64,000 nucleotides of DNA, from NCBI RefSeq assembly GCF_009834535.1, contig NC_045696.1, positions 60,266,001-60,330,000 of the forward strand. The letters are read 5' to 3'. Shown here in pieces: positions 23,990 through 35,689 of this stretch. The notes beneath the pieces were generated by a model. It had not been told where the DNA came from and ran no database searches. It saw only the letters and a list, made by a program, of their open reading frames with translations. The DNA is from Camelus ferus. Lineage: Eukaryota. How positions within the stretch are numbered: the stretch's first letter is position 1; the number at the start of each line of letters is the position of its first letter. The position numbers and the translations under genes were made by a program.

Positions 23990-24530
23990 TAATAGCTTAC
24001 AAATGCGTGTGCCCTTTGATCTTGCAATTCCACTTTTGGGAGTTTATCCTACAGATATTCCTTATGTTTGTACATATGAACACGATTATTCACTGCACAA
24101 CTGATTGTAATAGCAAAAGACTGGAAACGATCCAAATGCCATTATTGCAGAACTGCTGAAATAAATTATAGCACATTCAGACAATGAAAAATAATGAGGA
24201 GACTGCGTGTGTATTGATATGGAAATGTCTCCACGATAGACGGTTAAGGGGAAAAGCAAGGTGGAGAACACATGTTGTCATATGCTACCTTTTGTGTATG
24301 AAAGGGGGTCATAAAAATCTACATTCCTTTTTGCTTGTATATTCATAAAGAAATGCAAGGAATATTTCTAAGAACGGTGGTTATCTCTGGGGCAGGGGAT
24401 GGGAACTGGACAGGTGGGGAACAAGGATGGAAGGAAGACTTTTCACTATATATATGACTATTCTTTGGTGTTTGGAACTATGCAAGCCTATTATTTACTC
24501 AAAGAATAAATAATAAAATAACACTTAAAA
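23990..24530 (+). mobile_element. Old L1 3' end (L1ME-like) with A-rich tail
   Basis: ccctttgatcttgcaattccacttttgggagtttatcctacag...gtaatagcaaaagactggaaacgatccaaatgcc...aataaataataaaataa. Confidence 0.75.
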
Positions 24531-24536
24531 TAACCA

Positions 24537-24542
24537 TTTATT
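24537..24542 (-). terminator. SLC12A8: Probable SLC12A8 poly(A) signal AATAAA
   Basis: First minus-strand AATAAA after the stop (about 295 nt downstream), followed by U/GU-rich sequence ttattttaagtgttattttattattt. Confidence 0.6.
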
Positions 24543-24837
24543 GTGGCCCTCAGAACAAGCAATCTGGTCTGGTTCTCCACACCTGCAAGTCTTGGTGTCC
24601 ACAGGGAGCTCTTAAGATCAGACACATGTTTCAGGCGCCACTGCCATTGCAGTGGGTACTCTGGTTAGACGTGATGCTCCCAACCAGAATCCATATTTCC
24701 ATCGTCCAGAATGGCAGTGAGAGGACAGATCTTTGAGTATCTTACCAGGAGAACCAGCTCCACAGAGGTTCTTGGGTTGGAGTCCACTGTGCCCTGGACA
24801 GCTCCAGGAGGGGAGGGTCCCAGGAGGACTCAGTACT

Positions 24838-25000
24838 CTAGTACCGCGGCATCAGCTGTTCCCGACTCACAAAGGAGGAGTGGTGGTAGCGATCCCGGGT
24901 GGCGAAGTCTGTGTTCTCCAGGGTGAGCTGAGTCATCTCCATGTCAACCCTAGCCAGGGATGGTGCCAAAACTATCTGCTCTTGTGGGGATCGCAAGGTC
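24838..25000 (-). CDS. SLC12A8: SLC12A8 last coding exon (exon 14), ending in TAG
   Basis: (R)[53 protein letters not shown] matches the SLC12A8 C-terminus. Acceptor ctctcaccaaag|G; 163 nt; continues the frame of exon 13. Confidence 0.95.
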
Positions 25001-27245
25001 CTTTGGTGAGAGAAACACGGAGGATGGTCAGAAGGAAAGACCATGTGCTCAACAGTGGCAGTAAGTCTCCTCTGGGACGGAGAAATTATTCGCGGAAGGT
25101 CATTGTGCTTATTACTTAATGTGCATTTAAACACCATAACTGCTGAAAGCTATATGGAAGACACTTAATGAACCCAAAGTATGAGAAATAAGAATCAAAC
25201 AAAGAGGGAGTGTGACATTTACCTTCTGTTAGTAGAAAGGTATAAAACAGTGCAAAAATAACCTTCCAAATGCTGTCGTGTCGGGGCTCTATAGCTTTAC
25301 TTGGATCTTCTTGTCAAATGAAATAATGGAATGGAGAGGCTGGAAAATGGAAGAGAAAGAGAAACCTTCCCTTTGGCTCACTGGAAAGAAAGTTGAATGA
25401 GGATCGATCTCCAGAGCTAAGGTTTACAGAGCAAGCAGCTATGAGATCAAGTGCAAAGGCTTTTGGCACCAAGTTGGCTTGAAGACAACGAGCAAGTTCT
25501 GATTTGGATTCTATTGTCACTGAAGTGTTTACATAGCGTTGGCGTCGGAATCAACTGGTAAAGAAAAATGTTAGGGATACGTGAGGGAAAGTGCTGGCAG
25601 CAGAGGGAGTAAGGAAAGGTCAGCCCAGCCAGCAGTGTATCCACAGAAGACAGACAGTCACAGCTTCGCCGCCAGTCAGCCTGGTGGCCTCGGGGGCGGG
25701 GGGAACCTCTTCGCCTCCTTGTTCCTCTGTTTTCTCATTTCCCCAGGTCCCTTCTAGTTCCCACAGTCTACATCAGGTCCTGAAATCACACCTTAGGCAC
25801 AGATTTCCTCTTAAAATTTTACCTTAAAAGAACCATCTACTTTATGAGGAGTAACGTTCTATTGTTTAGATGAGGAATATATTTGATAGTGGTAAAAAGC
25901 CGTAGAAAACTTGGTATGAATCTATGGAATTCAAGCAGAAAGCTTCAACTGACCAAAAAAAAAAAAAAAGTGCTGTTACAGGAGCAGATCACAGGACTGA
26001 GGCTTTGCAGTACTTGATGACAGCACATCTAAGTTAGATGAGCTGAGGTTTTCTGAGACATGAATTAACTTTTGTAAAGTTGAATCTTCAAGAAGTAAGG
26101 TTAGGAAGTGACAGAAATGCCATCCCAGCCAACGTGTGTTTTTGCCAATGAATTATTTTCTCACCAATATTTTTTTTTCCCAAGGTAAAACCATTGTATT
26201 CTTCCGAGTTCAGGGATATAATACACTTCACTTATTAGTCTAGAATGGCCTAGGAATTCTCACCTGGGCAGTTGCTAGGACTTCAGGAAAGAAAGCCTTC
26301 TTATGGTCAGGCTTAATTTCACATGATTCTGGGAACTGCAGGTGTAACAGAGGAGGTAACATAGCCAAATTTCTTTGCCCCAAACACCCTACCATATTAT
26401 TGTCCTTTGGTTTTGAAGAGCATGTGGAGCTCTAGTTGTGGAAAAAATTCAAGATGACAAAATAGAAAACATGGCTACCCATTTCTGGTTTTAAATGGAT
26501 CACCACTTCCTGGTCCTTTCACTGAATAACCGCCACAAAATGTGGCTTGGTAGCCACGGTGAGGCGGCACGTTTGATGCTGAGTCTCAGCTGAGGTCCCC
26601 ACCGCCCCTCCGCAAGCCCACAGAGCCGTGAACAGTGTGGACCAGGCTCTTTCCCAACCAAAGCACTGTTCTGGTCTAAGAACAATCTCGTCCCAATACA
26701 TTCTTCTTTCTGCATAGCACTATGGTGCCCTCAGAGGTGAAATTCAGAGTGCAAGACAAGGAGTAGCGGCCTCCCATGGCCCTTTGTGGGCTTTAAAAGC
26801 AGAGATGCCTAAAAATATTCGTGTAAGTTGGGTAAGACCAAATAGTCTCAATCACACACCACCTGCAGCCCAGCATCGGCAGGCAGCTTCCACACAGAAT
26901 CTACTTCCCGTGAAACTCCACTCCCTCAGACCAGGAGGCTGGGGGAAGCGGTGGGTGCAGATGTGTTGTGACCTGAGTCACCCGACCTGGTCCCTCAGCC
27001 TAGAAGAGAGGCAGAGAGGTGACCCGCCCCTCCTACCACTCCACACAGGACGGTTAGCTCAGCTTCCAAGCAGAGGGCCAGGAACCCCTCTGTATACCAC
27101 CTCTCCACCAGCCCTCTCCTTGTTGCTTTCCACAGCCCCCCTTCCCCTTCCTTCATCATTCTAGGCTCTGGCATCGAGACTTCATTTCTAGTGCCAGTTT
27201 GAACCAACTGGCAGTGCTTATAAAGAACTGTCTTAAAAAGGATTC

Positions 27246-27439
27246 TTGGGAAGGAAGAATGGGGAGTTACTCCTCAACGGGTATAGAGTTTCCATTTTGC
27301 AGGATGAAGCGTTCTGGAGCTGCGCGGTGGTGATGGTGGCACTACAGGATGGATGTACTTAACACCACTGAACTGTCCACTTTAAAATGGTGAAGATGAT
27401 CAATTTTGTGGTATGTGTATTTTACCACAATAAAAACAA
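27246..27439 (+). mobile_element. L1MB-type 3' end
   Basis: atggggagttactcctcaacgggtatagagtttccattttgcaggatgaa...cactgaactgtccactttaaaatggt...ttttaccacaataaaaa. Confidence 0.85.
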
Positions 27440-28258
27440 TGGGTAAAAGTTCTGAACTTACATCAGGGATCAATGGGAAAGGGTCCCAAAACCCATTAGC
27501 AATGCCTAGGCATGGAAGGTGGAAATACTGGCAAGTACAACCCAGATATCTAGCGTTTCAAAACCAAACCAACAAAATGAAACCAAATAAACACTTGGTT
27601 GGGTTCTGCCTGGGTTTTCCCAGCCTGCAGCTTTGGCTCCTCACTGATACTAAAAGGGGAGGGAAGTAATTTTTCAGAGTCATGAGGCCTTCAAAGGTGA
27701 GGAAGCATTGGCAGTGAGGCCTTCTCCTGTTTCTCAGGAGGGTTGTTGGTTCTTCCCTTTTCTTGGGTATTTGAACATAGGGGTCCCTCGGAACTCCTCC
27801 AGGATCGCTATGCTGTTACTGTACTTGGCCTCGGCACTCTCCCCAGTACAGGCATGTTGACTACGTCTGAGCTGAGAAGGAGGATGGGAGTTCTCTGGCC
27901 CTGATCTTAGGTATAAGTAAGTATTCATGCTAGTATGTCTTTGACTGTGAACTCACCGAGGGTAGCTCTCTTGACTTATACCACTCAGCAGTCAGATGCT
28001 AAATAAAGCCTCTGTTCATGATTCCTGAGGATAAGAAGGGAGAAGGACATGGGCCAGAGGAAGCTTCTGATGGGCTGAGGACAGGGGCCTAGGTGGTGGA
28101 GAGCAGTGGGGAGCAGACTGAGTGTCCTGGAGGTTCTCAATGGTCAGGTGTTCACGCCACAATTCACCCAAGCCCAGCTAGGAACGAGACACCCTTAGCA
28201 CCTTCCAGGGCCCCGGGACACGCATCTGCCCTGGTCCTGGCCCCAGAATGGCACAGAC

Positions 28259-28319
28259 CTGCAAGAGGGGATCAGAAGAGACTTCATCCATCTGAAAAGG
28301 CTGAAGTTGGAGGCTAAAC
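28259..28319 (-). CDS. SLC12A8: SLC12A8 exon 13
   Basis: (G)LASNFSLFRWMKSLLIPSC(R). Acceptor cctgcag|, donor AG|gtctgt; 61 nt; phases 1 and 2 fit the neighbouring exons. Confidence 0.93.
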
Positions 28320-29842
28320 CTGCAGGGAAGACATATACATAAATATTTATGAAGGATCTACGTATGCATCTAGAATCCCCTGACACACACACAGAATGGC
28401 ACAAACATTTTTTTTTTACTTCTTCAGTCTAACTAACCAAACAATATTCATTGTAATGCTCTCTGACATCAACCTGCTAAGGACTTCGTACCCATAACAT
28501 AGTTTCCCAAAATTTATTTCTGAACTCCAGAAATGTTTTGTAGAGAAAAAAGCAGAGGACCTGTTCACTTCAGTCTTAGGAATTTTTCTTTCCTTTTCTT
28601 TTCTTTGTTCCAATTTTGATAATCTTTTTTCCTTAGATTCAAGCTGATTTGTGTCAAATACATACTATAAAGTCCCCTGCTAGACCATATTCTCTTCGAG
28701 GACAGGAAATGCATTTTTTTTCATCGGTAACACTCACAATACGACACCCATAGGATCAGGCACTTATGAAATTTCCTACACATGTTAAGTGAATCAAATA
28801 GCTCAGCGTGTAGAAATGCTAGAACTGACATCTGAAGTGAGATTGTTGTTGATGCTGACCAAATATCCTGACGTCAGACACCCTGATTAGAATAGGGTTT
28901 ATCAACTTTTTTAAAAAAAAAAACTTTTCTCTTTTGGTATGGGTTTTTAAAATCTCACATAATGAATTATATATAACTTTAGGAAATTAAATCAAATGCA
29001 GTCTTATAAAATGCTTCCTTGTACTCACTTATATGTACATGCTCCACCAGATAATATATTTATATATAAATGGCTGGTTGAAAATTGGTTAATTAGATCA
29101 TGTTCAATATATGACCAGGAAGTGAGCCTTATTTTAAGAGGCTTATGTTAGAATCTGGGTTAATGTCAACGGTATGCAGCTGATAACATGTATTTACAGT
29201 CTCATTTAGGGTCCTTACGGTTAAAGGGAGGATAAATTTTAGATTTGCATTAATATCTGCAATTGGAAAGAGAATTCTCCTAAAATATTTTGACATTGTC
29301 TGAAGGAAGAAACTAAACATAAACATTTTATTAACTGGTCCTACTTATTTGTCATCATTTAGATTCTAAATTGGCTAAATTTTAGATGAAAAAATTGGCC
29401 TGAAATTTGATGTCATACTTGCCTGTGAATAGATTTCTGAGAAATATTTAAATTTCTTAAGATCAAACTAACTTCTAAGAAATTTCAGAAGAAATCACTG
29501 ATACAATCACTATGCTAATTAAACTATATTCTATCCATTAAATTAGCTGATATAAGGACCCTTCTTAGCATGACTTTGTAAAGCATTATTTTTCATGTGC
29601 ATGTGATTTAAGTGTTTGAAGTGCACTTCTTTCAAAAATATACTTCAGACTACTCTAATTCAGAAGATTTTTTTTTCCAGTTTTCCTGGATTGTTATAGT
29701 ACATCTGATTTAGTTAGGACTTGAAACTATGTAACTGCTTTAGTTTAAATTGGGGCATTGCAGAATTTTGGTGACAAGGGCTCTCAAATGTATTTTTTTT
29801 AACAGGCTTATTATTGAGGAATAACTGGCCTGCAATAAACAG

Positions 29843-30396
29843 AGTATTAATAATATGTCCTTCCTTTCTTTATTCCTGATGCTCTGGCATTTGGGGTCTT
29901 GATCCTAGAGGTGTTAATTACTAGAGATGGCAAACAACTCCCGTATGAGCACACCCTTAATAAACAAACCAACCGATCCAGGCTCACACTCACAACCGTC
30001 CCCTTCATCAAACTGATACATCAAGCCAATATTCCCCTGCCTTAAATCATCCCAGGGCTAAATACAAGACAACTAGTACAACAGAGACCACCCCTATAAC
30101 CTAGAGCCCCCTGAAATTACTCTAACAATCCAATCCTAAACTTACTCAGCTGCCTACAGGCCTTGCCCATTGCTTCCCATTAAAACCCTAATAAAGGCTC
30201 TGGGCCATGCTCTCCCCTCTTCCTTTTCTGCCTCCTGAGCAACCTTGGTCCTCCCCCACGTGGCTCTGCATGGTATGCATGCCTCCTGTTCCTAGGGCTC
30301 TGTGAGTGTAGACTTCCATCTTCATGACAGTCATGTCTGTGCCTGTGTGTCTTACAATATCTGATTAATACAAGTCCCAGGTACATTTTTGGAACA
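29843..30396 (+). mobile_element. ERVL-type solo LTR (MER54/73/74-like) nested in the L1
   Basis: ctgatgctctggcatttggggtcttg...aaaccaaccgatccag...ccaatcctaaac...aataaaggctctgggcc...ggaaca. L1 3'UTR sequence resumes on both sides; TSD degenerate. Confidence 0.65.
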
Positions 30397-32406
30397 AGCA
30401 ACATGCATTTAAAGTGTACAATGGTGAGTGTTGACATACGTATACGTTGTAAAACCATCACTACAAGCAAGATCATGAACGTATCCACCACCTCCAAAAG
30501 CTGTTTCAAGCCACTTCATAAGACCTCCCTTCCATGCATCCACACACCCACCCTCATCCAAAGGCAACTGCTGGTAATGATGTCATTATAGATTAGTTTG
30601 CATTTTTACTAACTGTACATGTATATGCATAAAATATTACATTATGTACTTTAAATCTGGTTTCTTTCACTCAGCATAGTTGTTTTGAGATTCATCCATG
30701 TTATTGTGTGTATCAATAGTCCATTCTTTTCATTGCTAAATAGTATTCCATTGTATGGCTATAGTATAATTTATTTTTAGAGTCACCTGTTGATGGACAT
30801 TTGGATTGTTTCCAGTTTTTGACTATTGCAAATAAAGCTGCTATGAATATTCATGTACACATTTTTGTATGACCATATGCTTTCAATTCTCTTGGATAGA
30901 TACCTAAGAGTACAGTGGCTAGTTCATACAGAAGGTATAAGTTTAACTTTTTAATAGACTGCCCAACTGTTTCACCAAGTGATAGTACTATTTTCACAAT
31001 CTCACCAGCTGTACATGATAGTTCTAGCTGCTCCACATCCTTGTCAGCACTTGGCATGATCAGTATTTTTCATTTTAATCACTCTAACAGATGTGTAGTA
31101 ATATTATATTGTGGTTTTAATTTGCATTTCTTAATGACTAATCACATTGAGCATTTTTTCATGTGCCTATTTGTTATCCATATATGTTCTCTGCTGAAAT
31201 CCATTTAAAACTTATGCCCATTTTGAATTTTTTGTTGTTTTCTTATTATTGAGTTTTGAGAGTTTTTATATATTCTAGATACTTACAATTCACTAATATT
31301 TTCTCAGAGTCTATGGCTTGCCTTTGCCTTCCTTAAGTGTGTTTGGGAGATCAAAAACCTTAATTGTGATGCAGTCCATTTATCAAATTTTTTCCTACTT
31401 TTGATGTTGTATCTAAGAAATCTTTGCCTCACTCACAGTCAAAATGTTTTTTTCCCGTATTTTCTAGGATCCATTTGGAGCTATTTTTACATTGTATAAT
31501 TTATGGATCAAAGTTTGTCTTTTGCTTGTAGATTTCCAACTATTCCAGCACCATCTGCTGAAAAGATTATTTTTTTCCTCCACTGCATTGCCTTTGCAAT
31601 TTCTGGACTCTCTACTCTGTCCATTGATTTATTTGTATATCTTGTTTCCAATACCATGCTGTCTTGATTACTTTTGCTTTATAATTAGTTTTGAAATCAG
31701 GTAATCTTAGTCCTCCAACTTTGGTTTTCTTTTACAAAGTAGATTGTGCTATTCTAGGTCCTTTGAATTTCCATATAAATATTTTAGGGTCTGCTTTCTA
31801 ATTTCTACAAAAAAGGCAGCTGTGATTTTGCTGGGGATTGTATCTACTCCATAGAAAGCTCTGAGGAGAAGTGACATCTTAAAGATATTGAATCTTTCAA
31901 TTCATGAATATAGTATATATATTCATTTATTTCTTCAATTTCCTCTCAGAAATATTTTGAAGTTTTCCTCTTCTAGCCTGTAAATATGGTGAATTACATT
32001 GATTGATTAAGAATGTTAAACCAACTTTGAATTCCTGGGATAAACCCACTTGATTATGATGTATTATTATGCTTTTTGTATTATTTTGTATTCAATTTGT
32101 TAACATTTTGTTAAGAATTTTTACATCTATGTTCATAAGGGATATTTTGTGAAGCACTTGTATAGAACTGATATTCTTTCTTCCTTAAATATTTGATAGG
32201 TTTCAGTAGTGAAGCCATCTGAGTGGGCCTAGGGTTTTCTTTATGGGAAAATTTTTAATGACAAGTTTAATTCCTTTAATAGATGATATAAATAGCCCTA
32301 TATGTCTTCTAGAGTGAGCTTTGATAGTTTGTATCTTTCAAGGAATGTGTCCAATTCACTGAAGTTGTCAAATTTATTGGCATAAAGCTGTTTATAATAT
32401 TTCTTT

Positions 32407-32562
32407 TTTAAATATATTTTTGTTTTTATTTATTTGTTTTGTTTTGGGGTAGGTAATTTGATTGATTGATTGATTGATTTTGACGGAAGTACTGGGGATT
32501 GAACCCAGGACCTCATGCATGCTAAGCACACACTCTACCACTGAGCTATATCCTCCACCTCC
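32407..32562 (-). mobile_element. tRNA-derived camelid SINE (vic-1-like) with a 13-bp TSD
   Basis: Pol III A box TAGCTCAGTGG (32548-32538), B box GGTTCAATCC (32505-32496), (AATC)n and A-rich tail. TSD ataatatttcttt at 32394-32406 and 32563-32575. Confidence 0.88.
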
Positions 32563-33932
32563 ATAATATTTCTTTATTTCCCTTTTCATATCTGTAGACT
32601 CTCTAGTAATGTCATCTCTCTCACTTCTGGTATTGGTCATTTGTGTTTCCTCTCCTTTTATTCTGATCAGTCTGGTAGAGGTCTGTGAATTTTATTGATC
32701 TCATATAACCAGCTTTTTGTTTCACTGGCATTCTGTATTTTTCCTGTTTTATATTTTATTGATTTCTACTTTAATCTTTATTGTTTCTTTGTTTCTGCTT
32801 ATTTGGGTTTAATTTGTTCTTTCTCTAGTTTTTGAAGTTGAAAATTTGAATCATTGATTTGAGATCTTTTTTCTTCTCTAATAGAAGCATTTGATGCTTC
32901 TCTAATAAAAGTAGCTGCATCTCACAATTTTGTTAAGTATAATTTTCATTTTCATTCAGTTCAAAATACTTTTTAATTTCACTATCTCTTCTATGAACCA
33001 AGAGTTATTTAGTCTTCAGTTTATTTAGTGTTCTTAGTCATTTAGTGTTATTTAGGGTTCTTTAGTTTCTAAACATTTGGGGATTTTCCAGATATCTTTC
33101 TGGTATTTATTTCTATTTTACTTCCCCTTTGTTCTTGAATTGACTTTAATGCCTTTAAATTTACTGAGACCTTTGAGAAATGTTCTAGAATATGGTTTAT
33201 CCTGGTAAATGTTTCATGTACACTTGGAAAGGATATATATTCTTCTGTTGTTAGGTGGAATGTTCTATACATATCAGTTTGACTAGGTTTGTTGATAATG
33301 TTACTCAAGTCTTCTAAAGCCCTACTGATTTTTTTGCCTATTTGTTTTATCAGTTATTGAGAGTGAGGTGCCGAAATCTCTGACTACAATTGAGAACTTT
33401 TCTACCTATTGTTCCAGTTCTATCAAGGTTTTACTTTATATATTTCAAAGTTCTGCTTTCAAGTGCATAAAAGTTATGATTTATTATGCCCTCTTGATTA
33501 ATTTGCCCTTTATCTTTATGAAATTATCCTCTTTATCCCTGGTAATATTCTTTTCTTTGAAATCTACTTTGTCTGGTTTTAATATAGTCACTCCAGCTTT
33601 GTTTGATTTATCTTATCATGATATATCTTTTCCATCTTTTTACTTTTAACTTATATTTAAAGTAAGCTTCTTGTAGACAGCATATAGTAGGATCAGGCTT
33701 TATATCCTTTCAGTCTGACAGTCTCAGTGTTTAGACTATTTAATTGGGACTGTTTAGACTATTTATATTTAATGTGATTATTGATATGGCCAGGTTTATA
33801 TAAACTACCTCGTTATTTATTTTTGGTTTGCCCATATGTCCTTTATTATCTTTTTCTGCTTTATTTTTATTTGAGTATTTTAAATTCAGTTTTATCCCCT
33901 TTATTGGCTTATTGTAACTCTTCGTGGTTTTA

Positions 33933-34420
33933 CAGGTATACCTCATTTTACTGTACATTGCTTTATTGTGCTCCTCAGTATTGCATCTTTTACAAGTTGA
34001 AGGTTTGTGGCAATCCTGCATCAAGCAAATCGATCAGCACCATTTCCCAACAGCATTTGCTCACTTTGTTTCTCTGTGTCATATTTTGGTAATTCTTTTA
34101 ATATTTCAAAGTTTTCCATTATTATAATATTTGTTACGATGACCTGTGATCAGTGATCTTTAATGTTAATACTACAATTTGGTGAAGGTTCAGATGATGG
34201 TTAGCATTTTTTTAATAATAAAGTACTTTAAAATTATGTACTTTATTATTAAAGTATGTACTTTTTTTAGACATAATGCTATTGCACACTTAATAGACTA
34301 CAGTATAGTGTAAACATAACTTTTATATGCACTAGGAAACAAAAAAATTTGTGTGACTCGCTTTATTGCAGTATTCATCTTAGGGCAGAAACTGAACTCA
34401 GTATTTCCAAGGTATGCCCG
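33933..34420 (+). mobile_element. Internally deleted Tigger1 (TcMar) element with TA TSD
   Basis: ta|caggtatacctc...aaggtatgcccg|ta terminal inverted repeats. The Tigger1 5' part (ttgaaggtttgtggcaatcctgc) is joined to the 3' part (gacataatgctattgcacacttaatagactacagtatagtgtaaac). Confidence 0.88.
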
Positions 34421-34799
34421 TATTTTAGTAGTTGCTTTAGGGTTTGTAGTACACATTTTTAACTCCTCACAGTCTGCCTTTAAGTGGTATTTTCGTACTT
34501 CACTTATAGTATAAGAACCTTCCAATAGTATATTCCCATTTCTTCCCTCCTGGCCCTTATGCTATTGTTGTCATCCATTTTACTTCTACATGTCTTATAA
34601 ACCTCACAAGTTATTATTATTTTTCATTTGTCACCTATTTATGTAAATGCCATATTTTTTCTCCTAGACTGTCAGCTCCTTGAAAATGGGATTCGTATTT
34701 GAGACAGTGCTGGCATTTAATAGGTTTTCAAAACACATTTTTTCAGTAAATGCTAAAAAAGAAGACAAGAAGTGGTGGCAATACGGCTCTGTTGCTTAC

Positions 34800-34917
34800 C
34801 CAGGTGAAGCCCTGGACTGGTCCGACCAATGTAGAAATACACAATGGCAGCAACACCTATGTTAACCAGGGTATAGACCCACTGGATCACAAACATGATG
34901 AGAAGGGACCCAAAAGC
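34800..34917 (-). CDS. SLC12A8: SLC12A8 exon 12 (last transmembrane segments)
   Basis: [39 protein letters not shown](G). Acceptor ccacag|, donor G|gtaagc; 118 nt; translated by hand (absent from the ORF track). Confidence 0.95.
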
Positions 34918-35466
34918 CTGTGGAAACAGAGTAGGAAGGATAGTTTACTAATGGTTTATTTCATGCTAAGCAAGCATAAGGCTAGGCCCTTAAGAAACAA
35001 CAGTCCATATCACCAACCTCTGATCACTATAAAAGTCTGAATAATTGAAGTTCACTCATAATTCAAAAAATCTCTCAAACAGATATTTGAGAAGACATCC
35101 TCCTGAAAGTACCCTCTAATCAACAATCAATCAATATTCCATTCTAGCTCCTTGTCCTACTCCTTTCCAGAAGAAACAAATTAGAGTGAAACTGTGTTAA
35201 TTTGATGTACCTAGAAATTTGGTGACCCAGAGGTTATTGGAGATGATTAATTATTTAAAAAGTAAACCACTGATTAAAATAAGTGGTTCATTAAATGTAA
35301 TCTTGCCATATGTAGCCTCATCTAAATTCTAATATAATAGGCAATTAAATCACATTGCTCCTAATGAAGACTCCCCTCTTTCCTCCCTTACCCTCCACTG
35401 CAAAATGACACAGCTCCACCTGAATTACATCTCAAGGACAATTGAGATCAAAATGAAGCTACTCAC

Positions 35467-35561
35467 CCCCAACAGGGAGACCCAGGGGTTGCATATGCGG
35501 CTGTAGAAAGAAGTTGGTCTCTGGATATCTTTTTCCTGGAGCCCAGACTTTGGGAAGAAAT
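35467..35561 (-). CDS. SLC12A8: SLC12A8 exon 11
   Basis: (D)FFPKSGLQEKDIQRPTSFYSRICNPWVSLLG. Acceptor ttttttag|, donor GGG|gtgagt; 95 nt; translated by hand. Confidence 0.93.
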
Positions 35562-35689
35562 CTAAAAAATAAATGAGCCAAATCCTTGGTTATTAATTTG
35601 TTATCAAACCCTCTAGTATTTTCATTAGCGAATACCTCTGGGTTCCTCTTCTCTAATTTTGTAACTCAGCCTAAAAGACAACTTCCACT

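Larger units (their letters stand above)
29793..34620 (-). mobile_element. Long decayed L1 (L1MB/MC-like) in SLC12A8 intron 12, interrupted by nested elements
   Basis: T-run at 29793 (poly(A) tail). ORF2 remnants: DKDVEQLELSCTAG (30851-31057) and endonuclease TDMYRTFHLTTEEYISFPSVHETFTRINHILEH (33069-33308). Confidence 0.85.

Noticed and set aside
32480..32562. tRNA gene
   Set aside because: A and B boxes are present, but the A-rich tail, TSD and poor acceptor stem show it is a SINE.
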